Shown: positions 39,972 to 50,748 of the stretch, one piece after another
How the letters are laid out: each line of letters starts with the position of its first letter
Position numbering within the stretch: position 1 is the stretch's first letter
NCBI GenBank assembly: GCA_020353515.1
Contig: CP070695.1
Span: forward strand, 3,392,050 to 3,456,049
Reading direction: 5' to 3'
From: Candidatus Heimdallarchaeota archaeon
Lineage (GTDB): Archaea; Asgardarchaeota; Heimdallarchaeia; Hodarchaeales; Hodarchaeaceae
Length of the DNA: 64,000 bases
The notes under the pieces: generated by a model
The model's database searches: none
What the model saw: the letters and a program-made list of their open reading frames with translations, nothing else
Told to the model about the DNA's origin: nothing
Position numbers and translations under genes: made by a program

Positions 39972-40559
39972 TTGGAAATCGAATTAATTCAAATTTCCCC
40001 CGTAACTGGAATTATTGAAGGAATGAAAACGTCTCGTCGAAAAGATCATATTGAAAGAATCCCAGAAAAAGTCTTCAATTGGGGACATTGGTCCGTCCTA
40101 GAGCATTCCTCTATGACGGTACGAATTCGAGAGATTAGTAGAGCTTGTACACACCAGTTAGTACGTCAACGAATCGGAGTAACCTTCACTCAAGAATCTC
40201 AACGCTATTTTGATCCATTAAATGATCCTGATTGGTTTATTATCCCTCCGAGAATTGAAAAGAATGAAAGATTAAAGCAGAAATATACTGAAGCTCGGAA
40301 TCGTGAAGCAGAAGAATACAGGTATTATCGTGAGCACAAGATTCCAAAGGAAGATGCCAGATTTTGTCTTCCTAATGCTTGTAAAACTACTGTGACTTGG
40401 ACATTTAACATGAGCAGCCTTATTTGGTTTTTGGAACAGCGTTTGAAAAAAGATGCACAGTGGGAGATTCGAATGCTCGCTCAAAAGTTACATGATCTAG
40501 TGATGACCACTGATTGGAGGGGATTCATGGAACATTGGAAACTAGAAAGCAGAAGGTAA
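39972..40559 (+). CDS. thyX: FAD-dependent thymidylate synthase
   Basis: GHWSVLEH, ISRACTHQLVRQR, QESQRY, EDARFCLPNA, AQWEIR. Confidence 0.92.
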   Translation: MEIELIQISPVTGIIEGMKTSRRKDHIERIPEKVFNWGHWSVLEHSSMTVRIREISRACTHQLVRQRIGVTFTQESQRYFDPLNDPDWFIIPPRIEKNERLKQKYTEARNREAEEYRYYREHKIPKEDARFCLPNACKTTVTWTFNMSSLIWFLEQRLKKDAQWEIRMLAQKLHDLVMTTDWRGFMEHWKLESRR

Positions 40560-40593
40560 TTAAAAGGAAAAAGAGGAGGGGGAGAAAAAATGA

Positions 40594-41529
40594 CTAGGTT
40601 CTTCTTTTACCGATAAATCTCAAAGCTACAGTGCTAGAAACAACCGCAAGGATCATTATGGGAAGTTCAAATGCATGAGTGACCCCTGGAATAAGACCAC
40701 CACCCAGAGCGCCAAGACTGACTGCTTTATTTTGTAGAAGATATGAATATTCGAAAGAAAATTTATTTGTATCTTCCCCCTTGGCATCTAGCCTTACTTT
40801 TGAGAGTGTACCCCCTTCTGTGAACTCAATTTCCCATTTAAACTCATAGGAATCAAGCTCTTTATATTCAACATCGTCATTATCCCAATAATGCATAACA
40901 CCATCAAATTTGAATTCGCCAAACCACTTATGAGTAGTATCGGTAAATGCATCCAAACCATCTTGTAAATTATTGTCTCCCATAAGTGAAAAGCTCTCTG
41001 TACTATCTTCAAAATCCTCCATGTCAATTGTCACGTCTCTATCACCATCCCAATAAGTATATTCCCAGTCTTCAATATTTTGGACAAGATCATCATTTAT
41101 ATTGTCCCATTCAGGATCAATAAAATAAAGGCCTGATTGTCCCGATATTGCAGTTAAAATAAGATCATTGTCTTGAGTTCGATAGATAGGTTGAAATATC
41201 AAAACATTATAATCCTCGATGAGATCACTATCATATCGAACATCCCTATAGTCTATTGTATTTCCATCCTCATCCCATTTAGTGTAATCAAGTGTGTCAC
41301 TACTAATATCCTCGATTTCATAATTTCGATTTTCTTGGTCAAGAGAATAATATCCGTCTGTTTTGTCACCAGAAATCTCGACTGTTCTCTTAGATGTTCT
41401 TTGCTCTCCAAAGATGATGAAATCACCTTCTTCGAAGTCACGTTCTTGAGCTCCTATAGGTATCGGAACCATTAAGATTAACAAAAAGGTGACAGAACAG
41501 ATCAATCCTATTTTATTTATTCGTCTCAT
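40594..41529 (-). CDS. Acidic secreted / cell-surface protein with C-terminal membrane anchor
   Basis: Signal peptide, D/E-rich beta-type body, AFELPIMILAVVSSTVALRFIGKRRT tail. Confidence 0.8.
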   Translation of the reverse strand: MRRINKIGLICSVTFLLILMVPIPIGAQERDFEEGDFIIFGEQRTSKRTVEISGDKTDGYYSLDQENRNYEIEDISSDTLDYTKWDEDGNTIDYRDVRYDSDLIEDYNVLIFQPIYRTQDNDLILTAISGQSGLYFIDPEWDNINDDLVQNIEDWEYTYWDGDRDVTIDMEDFEDSTESFSLMGDNNLQDGLDAFTDTTHKWFGEFKFDGVMHYWDNDDVEYKELDSYEFKWEIEFTEGGTLSKVRLDAKGEDTNKFSFEYSYLLQNKAVSLGALGGGLIPGVTHAFELPIMILAVVSSTVALRFIGKRRT

Positions 41530-41743
41530 AATTAATCACCTTCAATTTTGAATTACTAATCATTTGAGTAACTTTTTTCGATATAGTGATACAAATTAAA
41601 AAAATTATTGTTATTGTAAAAATTTAGCTAGAAGTGCTAAAACCAACGAAATTGAGATTAAACAAACGCTTCCCTAAGATTATTACTTTATATAATTTTC
41701 ATAATCATTACTTATATTGAAAAGACATATTTTTTCTATTTTT

Positions 41744-43048
41744 TTATTCACTATATATGCCCTTTATGAAAATAAAAGTACCAACAATGAAATATCCCAT
41801 TCCAACTAGAAAAAGCATTATTAGATCTAAAAATATTTGATTAATCTCTAGATTAAGGATCAGAATCTTCCTAAACACCTCTCCAGCGGAGAAAAAAGGA
41901 TTTAAATGCCAAAATTGAATATCGTTAAGTAGTTGGATCCTTGGTAATGGAATGAAACCACCTGTTAAGAAAGAAAGAGGAATAGCAATAAGTCCTGGTA
42001 GATACGTTGCCATTTTACCCCCAAGGAACGCAGCAACCCCTAAACTTATACCAAGCAGCGGTAATACAGCAAAAATACTCACAAGAAATACAAAAAAAGC
42101 CTGATGATTTCCTTGGAAAGGAAAACCTAGAAAATAAATAGTAATGACTACACAGGTCATTGTTAGGAGGGTTGAAATGACTTGGGTAACAGAAAGACCA
42201 GCTAAAAAGGATAACGAGGGGAAGTTACTTAATTTTAATCTATCAATCGTACCTTGCTCTTGTTCGTAACCCACAATACCAGCAACACCAGTACTAGATG
42301 TGATTAACACAAAGATCAAGAATGCAGGTATGTAAATATCAAATTCTGTAAAAACGAGAGTAGATACTGACTTATAATCTATAGTAAATTTTCCTGGTAA
42401 ATTTAATCCTTTAACCCAAAAATAATCGGAGAAAGTAATAAGCATCTCTTCTAGTAGCGTTGTCGCTTCAACAAAACGAGTAAAGGAATAATCTCCTATT
42501 AATTCTATGTCTACTCCAGAATAGATATATTCGGTAGAGGTTAATATGAGTTTTCCTTCAGTTACATTAATCCTATGATTCAATCCCGCAAGTAGCGTTT
42601 GTGAAAAATTATTTGGAATGATAAAGCATAAACTGATAAATCGACTTTGAACTGCTTTACTTGCTTCACCTAAATCAGTATAGGAGATCACAGAGAATCG
42701 TCTTGGATCGTCCTCTTGTAAGAGGTTGTCTGAATTATTTATATTTTCGATGAAACATGCACCAAATCCATCAAGAAGAGGATTCCCCTCCAAACTCTCA
42801 ACCATTAAATACTGACTAAATTGAGACCGAAGTGTTGAATTTAGATTTAAATCCTGATCATGGTTAATTACACCAATTCTGTAATTGTCTCCAGTATCCC
42901 CAATAATAACAAAGGAACTATTTTCTCCATAAAGAAATGCTATTCCTACAATAAATAAAACAGGTATTAAAAATATTATACTCATTCTTTCGACATCTCT
43001 TCGCGTCTGTTTTAGACATTTTATTGTGTAAAGAATAATTTTATACAT
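41744..43048 (-). CDS. ABC-2 type transporter permease
   Basis: N-terminal TM, large extracellular loop, EQEQGTIDRLKLS, five C-terminal TMs. Confidence 0.9.
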   Translation of the reverse strand: MYKIILYTIKCLKQTRRDVERMSIIFLIPVLFIVGIAFLYGENSSFVIIGDTGDNYRIGVINHDQDLNLNSTLRSQFSQYLMVESLEGNPLLDGFGACFIENINNSDNLLQEDDPRRFSVISYTDLGEASKAVQSRFISLCFIIPNNFSQTLLAGLNHRINVTEGKLILTSTEYIYSGVDIELIGDYSFTRFVEATTLLEEMLITFSDYFWVKGLNLPGKFTIDYKSVSTLVFTEFDIYIPAFLIFVLITSSTGVAGIVGYEQEQGTIDRLKLSNFPSLSFLAGLSVTQVISTLLTMTCVVITIYFLGFPFQGNHQAFFVFLVSIFAVLPLLGISLGVAAFLGGKMATYLPGLIAIPLSFLTGGFIPLPRIQLLNDIQFWHLNPFFSAGEVFRKILILNLEINQIFLDLIMLFLVGMGYFIVGTFIFIKGIYSE

Positions 43049-43054
43049 TTCCCA

Positions 43055-44437
43055 TCAACTCCGTATTTTAAATCGTAGATAATAAAAAACTAAAACAGAA
43101 AAGATTAGATAAATAAACGAAAGAATCAAACTCATGAAAATATCAGGAAAGACAAGGAAAAACTCAAAATCATATAATAGAACCTGACGTAAGGCGTTGG
43201 TAGAGTGAGTTAATGGTAGAAGATCCCACAAGAGAAAATCACGTGGATAACCACTTGCAGTTGGAAAAACCTTGGGAATGAGAATTATTTTTGGAACTTC
43301 AATGAATGCACCACTCATAAAGGCCATAAACGGTGCACCAAAGCCCAGTACATTACCTACAACATCTTCGTTCGATAGAAAAGCGCTAGAAATGTACACG
43401 AGAGATAATGTAAAGGGAAAAATCGTTAAAGCTATTAAAAATCCTAAAAATAGGTTTCCTGCAGGATTGAATCCTAATATTAAGCTGGATAAAAATAAAA
43501 TTAAAGATTGGATTATCATAACTGGGATTTGGATTAAAATTGAACCGATGATATAAACTCCTCCCGAAGAGGGAGCTAATCGAATACGATCGAAAGTTGT
43601 ATTGTTTTGTCGAAATTCCATGCAAAAAAACATTGCTACCAGTGATGGTTGAATAATTATACCAAAAGCAATCAAGCCAGGTATTGATAACTCGAAGAGT
43701 GAGTATTTTGGGATATTTATTGTATATTCTTCTTTCATTTTAATTGAAATACTTCCTCCTGGTCCTTTGAATGCAGTTGTAAGATCTTGATACTGGTGTA
43801 TTATAATTGAGAGTACTGATTTCGCTAATTTAAAGTTCAAGTAACTCTCATCTCCTATCACATGAATTGTATCGTTAATATTTGATGGTAAATCTGGAGA
43901 TTGCGGAAACTGTAGCTGAATCATTTCATGAAAGTACAGTCCATATGTGTTATACCAATATCTATTCAACATAGAAAGAGTTGTATTAGAAAAGTTTGGA
44001 TTTAAAACAATTAGTATGTCTAAATCTCGTTTAAACAATTTATTATTTGCCTCGGATTCCGTGTCAAAGTGAGATATATCAAATATATGCGTAGCTTCGG
44101 TAATGTTACTGTATGTTAAATTCCCAAGAATGTCTATGAATTCACTCCCGAACCCTCTATTAAGTACATCAGAATTATGATATTGAGTTAAAGAAGCATT
44201 CCCCATTATTGTTTCATTTTGAAAGAGAGATTTAATGTCATCAGATACTCCTGTATCTTGATTAATTACACCTAGTAGAAAGGTCTGGTTTATTCCTACA
44301 GGTGAGGTTGAAAATCCAATCCAATATAATCCAATAAAAAATAAAGGAAATATTACTAGATATGGTATTGTCCATTTACTTCGGACTAACTGCAGTCCCA
44401 TTCGTTGTGTAACCCCAAAAATTTGTCTAAACGACAT
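43055..44437 (-). CDS. ABC-2 type transporter permease
   Basis: Same architecture; PGLIAF, TFDRIRLAP, LPLTHS. Confidence 0.9.
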   Translation of the reverse strand: MSFRQIFGVTQRMGLQLVRSKWTIPYLVIFPLFFIGLYWIGFSTSPVGINQTFLLGVINQDTGVSDDIKSLFQNETIMGNASLTQYHNSDVLNRGFGSEFIDILGNLTYSNITEATHIFDISHFDTESEANNKLFKRDLDILIVLNPNFSNTTLSMLNRYWYNTYGLYFHEMIQLQFPQSPDLPSNINDTIHVIGDESYLNFKLAKSVLSIIIHQYQDLTTAFKGPGGSISIKMKEEYTINIPKYSLFELSIPGLIAFGIIIQPSLVAMFFCMEFRQNNTTFDRIRLAPSSGGVYIIGSILIQIPVMIIQSLILFLSSLILGFNPAGNLFLGFLIALTIFPFTLSLVYISSAFLSNEDVVGNVLGFGAPFMAFMSGAFIEVPKIILIPKVFPTASGYPRDFLLWDLLPLTHSTNALRQVLLYDFEFFLVFPDIFMSLILSFIYLIFSVLVFYYLRFKIRS

Positions 44438-44448
44438 CTAATCGCCTT

Positions 44449-45405
44449 CTAATCACGTAGAGCTCGCCCAGTTAAGTTGATAAATACATCTTCAAGGGAT
44501 GTACTTCTGATAGCCATATTTTCTACCTCTTGGTCATGAGACTCGATAAAATTCAGAATTCGACTTAAACGGGATACTACATCCAGTGCTCGAATAACAA
44601 TGTAACCACTTGAAGTATAGGCGTCTTCAATTCCCTCAAACGTCCTTAAATCTTGAACTAGATGATCTAAGTTTTCTTTTTCTTTTAGTGAGATTTCCAC
44701 TAAGTCTCCTTCACCAATTGAAGACTTTAGTCTTTTTGGAGTATCTAGAACTAAAATTCTCCCACGATCTATTATAGCTACACGATCACTTAATCGATCA
44801 GCTTCCTCCATAAAATGAGTGGTTAAGATGATCGTCTTCCCTTGGTTTGGAAGATCCTTAATAACTTCCCAAACTGCGACACGAGACTGAGGATCAAGTC
44901 CTGGCGTCGGTTCATCGCATAGGATGATTTTTGGGTCATGAACCAATCCTAAAATCAAGTTCAATCTTCTTTTCAAGCCTCCTGATAAATCTCGGGCTAG
45001 ATGTCCACGTTTTTCGTTAAGGCCAACCTTTGAAATTAAGGAATCTATACGAGCCTTTGCCTCCTTCTTCGGAATATCATAGATTTTTGCTAAGAACCAC
45101 AGATTTTCTTCAACAGTGAGATCTTCATAAAACGTTAAAGACTGGGGAATAATTCCAAGCATTCGATTAAGTTCCTTCCCATTATCATGAGGATTTTGCC
45201 CCATTATTGTAATATTGCCAGCATCTGGTTTCAACAACCCAATTATCATTCGAAGACTTGTTGTTTTCCCAGCACCATTCGGTCCTAGAAACCCAAAAAT
45301 CTCATTTTCGCGAATATCAAGAGAAATACCATCGACAGCTTTGACTAATTTCTCTCCTTTTCCAAAGTATTTCTTCAAATTTCTTACTTCGATTATATTC
45401 GACAT
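44449..45405 (-). CDS. ABC-2 exporter ATP-binding protein (DrrA/NodI-like)
   Basis: GPNGAGKTT, LSGGLKRR, DEPT, TTHFMEEA, SLEDVF. Confidence 0.95.
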   Translation of the reverse strand: MSNIIEVRNLKKYFGKGEKLVKAVDGISLDIRENEIFGFLGPNGAGKTTSLRMIIGLLKPDAGNITIMGQNPHDNGKELNRMLGIIPQSLTFYEDLTVEENLWFLAKIYDIPKKEAKARIDSLISKVGLNEKRGHLARDLSGGLKRRLNLILGLVHDPKIILCDEPTPGLDPQSRVAVWEVIKDLPNQGKTIILTTHFMEEADRLSDRVAIIDRGRILVLDTPKRLKSSIGEGDLVEISLKEKENLDHLVQDLRTFEGIEDAYTSSGYIVIRALDVVSRLSRILNFIESHDQEVENMAIRSTSLEDVFINLTGRALRD

Positions 45406-45923
45406 TAAATTCCTCCAGTGGGTAACATTTTCGAGAATTCTTCTTTAAAGAAGTTTAATGCTTTTTCAAGGATTTGGTTGTACAAAAGATAACCAAAAAT
45501 TTGTTCTTCGAGGATTTTTTTCAATGTAGGATCCGTATCGTGAGATTTGTCAAGGAGTTGATTTAATTCATTAATGCAGACATCAGTTTTTTCGATGAAT
45601 CCTTCAAAAATTTTTGAAATCATCTCAATACCTGATGTAGCGCTGTAGGTATATCCAGTCTTATGTGAACCCTCTTTCAAAACAGTACCATACTTTTCAT
45701 TAATTTTAATCGCTCGGTTGATTGATGAAACCGAAAATTTCCCATCTGGAAACAAATCAGTTAATTTTTTTGATATAGCTCGTTGAGTCCATTTACTCCC
45801 CTCTGTATCTACAGGTTCAAACAGAAAGAGTGTATCTATTAGCCCACATAATCTAGGGATACCATATTCTTCATAATATTTAGCGAATATATCAAAGAGT
45901 TCTTTACGTAAGTCACTGATCAT
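45405..45923 (-). CDS. GbsR/MarR-like winged-helix regulator
   Basis: YEEYGIPRLCG...SVSSINRAIK; first gene of the ABC operon. Confidence 0.75.
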   Translation of the reverse strand: MISDLRKELFDIFAKYYEEYGIPRLCGLIDTLFLFEPVDTEGSKWTQRAISKKLTDLFPDGKFSVSSINRAIKINEKYGTVLKEGSHKTGYTYSATSGIEMISKIFEGFIEKTDVCINELNQLLDKSHDTDPTLKKILEEQIFGYLLYNQILEKALNFFKEEFSKMLPTGGI

Positions 45924-45973
45924 TGAAATTCAGTATAAAGTGATATATTCATATTTTATAAAGATTTCTATTT

Positions 45974-45994
45974 TATGAAATCCTGAATTTCATA
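45974..45994. promoter_or_regulatory. Inverted-repeat operator TATGAAAT-N5-ATTTCATA
   Basis: Perfect 8-bp arms between the divergent regulator and M32 genes; a related half-site TGAAATTCAG lies at 45924-45933. Confidence 0.55.
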
Positions 45995-46060
45995 GAATTG
46001 AGATCAAAGAAATCACTAAAATGAGATATAGAAAATTCTTAAATACTTGAGGTTTTTAAA

Positions 46061-47569
46061 ATGGACATAAATGATGCTTACGAAAGGCTATTAAAAGAGG
46101 TATATGACTATATTGTTCTCTTACAAATTAAAAATATCCTTGATTGGGATTTTGAAACATATATGCCATCAAAGGGTGTGGAACAGCGCGGTGAAGAATT
46201 AGCGATGATAGCTAAACTACGACATGACCGTATTACTAATCCTAAGATAGGAGAGCTAATTCAGGCCATTAAAAATGATCCTAATTATTCTTCATTAGAT
46301 CTAGTAAAAAGGCGTAATGTCGTCTTAACTGAGAGGGAATATAACCGGGAATCAAAAATTCCCAAAGAATTAGTTGAAAAGATTGCTAAACATACCCCGA
46401 TTGCTATTGATACATGGAAGAAGGCAAAAAAAGAATCTAATTATTTACTTTTTAAACCAGCTTTAGATAAAATGATTGAGTTAACAAAGGAGAAAGCATA
46501 TTGCTTAGATCCTGATAAAGAACCTTTTGACGCTCTCGTTGAGAAATATGAACCAGGGATGTCTTCAGCTCACTATTCAGCGCTTTTCAAAGAGTTAAAA
46601 GAAGGATTAATACCGGTTATTCAGAAATGTATTAGTTCACCCAATCAACCTAATATTACTCTGATAAAGCGTAAGTTACCAATTTCTATTCAAAAACAAT
46701 TATCTGAAGATATTTCACAGTTAGTTCTTTATGATTTAGAACGTGGTAGGATTGATGAAACAGAACATCCTTTTACAACAGGTTATTACGACGATGTTAG
46801 GATAACCACGCATTATTATGAAGAAGATTTCTCAGATTCTTTCTATTCAGTACTTCACGAAGCTGGACATGGTATATATGAACAAAACCTTTTACAAGAA
46901 TATAAATATCAGCTGGTGGGGGAATTCGCCTCATATGGGATTCATGAGTCTCAATCAAGGTTTATTGAGAACCTTATTGGGCGAAGTAGTGAGTTTTGGG
47001 AATTCTACTTACCAAGACTGAAAAAAATGACTGGGAATGTTTTTTCGGATGTTGAGTTAGATCTATTTGTACATGCTCTTAATGAAGTGAAACCCAGTAA
47101 AATTAGGATTACCGCCGATGAAGTAACCTATTCTCTTCATATAATCATACGTTTTGAGATTGAGCGGGATTTACTAGCTGGAAAAATCACTACGGATCAG
47201 CTTCCTGATGTATGGAATGAAAAATATAGAGAATATCTTGGCGTTGATGTTGAAAATGACGCTGAAGGGGTCTTACAAGATACTCACTGGGCTGGAGGAA
47301 GTTTTAGCTATTTTCCATCTTACGCTATGGGTAATATCTATAATGCGCATATGCTAGAAATAATAGCTAGAGATATTCCAGATTATAAAGAACTCATTAA
47401 GAAAGGGGAACTCAACTTCATCATCGATTGGCTTGTTGAGAATGTCCACTCAGTATCTAATCTATATGACCCCCCAGAACTTATAAAGAGAATTACAGGT
47501 GAAGAAATTTCCCCAAAATATTTCATTAAATATTTAGAGGAGAAATTTTCCAAAATTTATGGTTTCTGA
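46061..47569 (+). CDS. Carboxypeptidase M32 (Taq/Pfu type)
   Basis: HPF, DVRITT, HEAGH, HESQS, IRITADE, LQDTHW, YFPSY. Confidence 0.96.
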   Translation: MDINDAYERLLKEVYDYIVLLQIKNILDWDFETYMPSKGVEQRGEELAMIAKLRHDRITNPKIGELIQAIKNDPNYSSLDLVKRRNVVLTEREYNRESKIPKELVEKIAKHTPIAIDTWKKAKKESNYLLFKPALDKMIELTKEKAYCLDPDKEPFDALVEKYEPGMSSAHYSALFKELKEGLIPVIQKCISSPNQPNITLIKRKLPISIQKQLSEDISQLVLYDLERGRIDETEHPFTTGYYDDVRITTHYYEEDFSDSFYSVLHEAGHGIYEQNLLQEYKYQLVGEFASYGIHESQSRFIENLIGRSSEFWEFYLPRLKKMTGNVFSDVELDLFVHALNEVKPSKIRITADEVTYSLHIIIRFEIERDLLAGKITTDQLPDVWNEKYREYLGVDVENDAEGVLQDTHWAGGSFSYFPSYAMGNIYNAHMLEIIARDIPDYKELIKKGELNFIIDWLVENVHSVSNLYDPPELIKRITGEEISPKYFIKYLEEKFSKIYGF

Positions 47570-47574
47570 AAATT

Positions 47575-48639
47575 CTAAACGGGAATGAAAGTATCAGTTT
47601 CGATTACCGATCTTATGAACTCAACAGTAAGTTTTACGATGTTTTTGACATCATCAAGACATATAACTTCTGAAGCCGTGTGCATATAACGATTAGGAAT
47701 TGAAATCAGAGCTGTAGCTGCCCCTGTGAGCTGAATTGCATTAGCATCAGTCCCAGTTCCTCTATGCCATGCCATTGTTTGATAAGGGATCTTCTTATCC
47801 TTTGCAATATCAACCAATCGTTTGTACAGTACAGGATTGATGTTGGGCCCTCTGACGATTATTGGTCCTCCACCGAGCTTAGTGTCACCAACAAGTTTCT
47901 TCTTCACGTCTGGTGAATCTGCTGCATGACCTACATCAAATGCTATTCCAACATGAGGTTGAATGGCTCTGGCAGCAACTGTGGCACCTCGTAAACCAAT
48001 TTCTTCCTGAACTGTGGAAACGCCATACACTCCTGCATAAAAATCCTTATCTTTTGCTAATTCTTTTACTATCTCAGTAACAATAAATGCTCCAATAGCA
48101 TCATCAAAGCCAGCTGCAACAGCGAATTCATGATCACCCAGTTTTTGGAAACCATAATCAAAAGTAGCAAAATCACCAATGTCAACTAATTTCTCTGCTT
48201 CTTCTTTGCTTGTACACCCTATATCAATGAATAATTTTTCCATTTCGGGAACTTTTTTCCTTTCTTCGGGTTTCATTAAATGAATAGCTTTTTTTCCAAG
48301 AACCCCAGGAATAATTCCTTTCTTTCCACTAATTTTCACTCGTTTTCCTGGTAAAGTAGTGACATCAAACCCTCCTAGGGGCTTGAACCACAGATAACCC
48401 TTTTTATCGATATAACTTATTTGAAATCCAATTTGGTCAATATGACCAGCTAGCATGATTTTAAAAGGACTATCTGGATTAACAACTGCATAGAGATTCC
48501 CCACTCGATCTGCATATATTTTGTCTGCCTCTTTTTTGAGATATTCCTTTATTCCTCGCTGTGCTGTTAATTCGTATCCTGTTGCTCTAGGAGTTGTTAC
48601 TAATTTTTTTAAAAATTCTTCATTCACTTCGTAAGACAT
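47575..48639 (-). CDS. M42 family (TET-like) metallo-aminopeptidase
   Basis: AGHIDQIG, PLGG, FDD, VQEEIGLRGA, DVGH, GTDA, RYMHT. Confidence 0.95.
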   Translation of the reverse strand: MSYEVNEEFLKKLVTTPRATGYELTAQRGIKEYLKKEADKIYADRVGNLYAVVNPDSPFKIMLAGHIDQIGFQISYIDKKGYLWFKPLGGFDVTTLPGKRVKISGKKGIIPGVLGKKAIHLMKPEERKKVPEMEKLFIDIGCTSKEEAEKLVDIGDFATFDYGFQKLGDHEFAVAAGFDDAIGAFIVTEIVKELAKDKDFYAGVYGVSTVQEEIGLRGATVAARAIQPHVGIAFDVGHAADSPDVKKKLVGDTKLGGGPIIVRGPNINPVLYKRLVDIAKDKKIPYQTMAWHRGTGTDANAIQLTGAATALISIPNRYMHTASEVICLDDVKNIVKLTVEFIRSVIETDTFIPV

Positions 48640-48735
48640 TTATTGTATCACCAATTCAACCTAAATGCAATTAGGAAAGATATTACTTATTATTATTTGA
48701 CAGTTAGGATTAGTCCATAGATTTTAAAGATTGTC

Positions 48736-49149
48736 TTGGAAGATATCTTAGACGACATTGACAATTTAGATATTGGTTTGGGGACAAATTTTGTTTTTTA
48801 TCAGTTAGATTGGGATAATATCTACAGTCTGTATAGAGGCCCCCTCTGGCTTGAGGTTGAAAAACAAAGAGAGATGGAGGATTTCGCGGATGAATACGAA
48901 TCCATCGCGAACCGTATAACTATCGGAGTAACTATAACAACAGTTGCAACAATATTAGCAGCAGCAATGGGTAGTCGCATGGCGGAAAAGAAATCTGATC
49001 ACCATTTTTCTGTTATGCTTGCGGACATGAAGGAAGATTCTTCATTACTTGAAGGGGAATTTGATATTCTCGCGTTCTTGGGGTTAATTTTGGCATTTAT
49101 TCTTTCACTTTTTGGTTTAGCGTTACCTCTTTCCATTCTTTTATCATAA
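48736..49149 (+). CDS. Hypothetical two-TM protein, possibly N-terminally truncated
   Basis: TTG start; two hydrophobic helices at the C-terminus. Confidence 0.5.
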   Translation: MEDILDDIDNLDIGLGTNFVFYQLDWDNIYSLYRGPLWLEVEKQREMEDFADEYESIANRITIGVTITTVATILAAAMGSRMAEKKSDHHFSVMLADMKEDSSLLEGEFDILAFLGLILAFILSLFGLALPLSILLS

Positions 49150-49297
49150 TAAACTTCTAATAACAAAAGAAAATAAAAAGCTTAACCCTCGAACCACTAT
49201 TAAGCCGATTCAATTTAACTAGTTTTAAATAAGGGAGTTATTGAATAGTAATTAGTATTCAGTACTAACATATCATGTAAGTCGGGGTAATGAGGTC

Positions 49298-49849
49298 ATG
49301 TGTCCTATTGACAGATCTAATAAGAAAATCTCTTCAAAGCTATTAGAGGAAATGTATGACGAAGCTGGGAAAGAGAAGATCACTGAGCTTGCTAAGCAGG
49401 TTTCTCAATTAAAAAAGCATTTGAAAATTCCTAATGAACTGGCAACTGGCATTATTGCTCAATTTAACCAAAGCTATGAGGATGCTAGGAGTAATATTGC
49501 TTTAGTTGGAGGATCTGAAGATGATGTGGCAAAAATGTGGGGTTATAACTTTGGTGGTTTGATGTACCATTATCTTGAAAGAAGAGATTCTATCGAGGGG
49601 AGACAGGCACTGTCATTCATAAAAATGCAACTAGGACATGAGCTAAATACGAAATTAGGTGGATCAGAGATCCAATATGCAAGTTTTGTACTTGGCCTCT
49701 CTTTAAGGTTCATAAAAGGATTTGAAACCCTCAAGAAGAACCTAATTGAGTTTGAAGATGCTCTGAACAAGTTTGAACAACACCGGTATACTCAACAAAA
49801 TGATGTGAAAACCTCAGGTACCGATCTCTTTGGTAGAAAACGTAAATGA
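49298..49849 (+). CDS. Hypothetical helical protein
   Basis: 183-aa ORF with GAGGT-like RBS and typical composition. Confidence 0.75.
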   Translation: MCPIDRSNKKISSKLLEEMYDEAGKEKITELAKQVSQLKKHLKIPNELATGIIAQFNQSYEDARSNIALVGGSEDDVAKMWGYNFGGLMYHYLERRDSIEGRQALSFIKMQLGHELNTKLGGSEIQYASFVLGLSLRFIKGFETLKKNLIEFEDALNKFEQHRYTQQNDVKTSGTDLFGRKRK

Positions 49850-49860
49850 GCTGATTTCTG

Positions 49861-50748
49861 CTAGGTAAATCTTTGTCCATCCCCCAACCATTTTGTTTCA
49901 TAATTCTCCATTATTTTTGTCAAAATATAATACTTTTCTAAGATTGTAGTATCTGGGAAAACCTTAGTGAGTAGATCCCAATATTCCCCTAGATTTCGAC
50001 TAAAAATTCCTTTGTGTTTCATTAAAATTTCTGGATCTTCAAAAGAACCAATTAGATCCTTTAAGTAACCATCTAACTCTTTTAAATTAAGAGATTCAGT
50101 GTTAATTCCTTCATTAATACTCTGATCATAGAAAATTTTAGCTTCATTTGGATATCGAGGCTCATAAACCAATGCCTTCCAAAGATTTTTGACCCCAGGA
50201 TCTTTAATAACTGAAAATATGTCTAAATACTTAATAGCTTTAACTTCTTTATGTTGACTTCTAAGATAATAAATTAATTTCCAGAAGGCATACTCATTCA
50301 TTGGATTTATGTATAAACACTTTTCAGCGAGCTCAAGTACTTCCTCTTTCTTATTTAGTATTTCTTTCACTTCAATCCATTGAAGATACTCGTCTTCTGA
50401 TAACTTAATCCAGTGTTCAAGTCCTTGAAATGCTATATCAAGCTTTTCAGCATTCTTCTGAAGTTTAGAATTGCTTAATGATGGATCATTCAGTAATGGG
50501 GTAACCATTAAGACAATGTCTGTATAAGCTCTAACTTGGGAGCTCTTTAACATCTTTCGAAGTGAGAGATATATCATTACAAAGATAACAATAGAAAGTA
50601 CGAAAGTCCATCCAAAAAATAGAGAAATGTCATAAGATAACAAGAAGTTATGTAAAATCTCCAGTATAATGAAGGCGATGAAGGTAACTAAAAAGGCTGC
50701 TAAGGAGGGAAAATAACTTGGAAGCTGCTTTACATTTATCTCAATCAC
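49861..50748 (-). CDS. Hypothetical membrane protein (two TMs plus TPR-like helical domain)
   Basis: Two N-terminal TMs; LAEKCLYINPMNEYAFWKL TPR-like segment; GAGGTG RBS. Confidence 0.7.
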   Translation of the reverse strand: MIEINVKQLPSYFPSLAAFLVTFIAFIILEILHNFLLSYDISLFFGWTFVLSIVIFVMIYLSLRKMLKSSQVRAYTDIVLMVTPLLNDPSLSNSKLQKNAEKLDIAFQGLEHWIKLSEDEYLQWIEVKEILNKKEEVLELAEKCLYINPMNEYAFWKLIYYLRSQHKEVKAIKYLDIFSVIKDPGVKNLWKALVYEPRYPNEAKIFYDQSINEGINTESLNLKELDGYLKDLIGSFEDPEILMKHKGIFSRNLGEYWDLLTKVFPDTTILEKYYILTKIMENYETKWLGDGQRFT

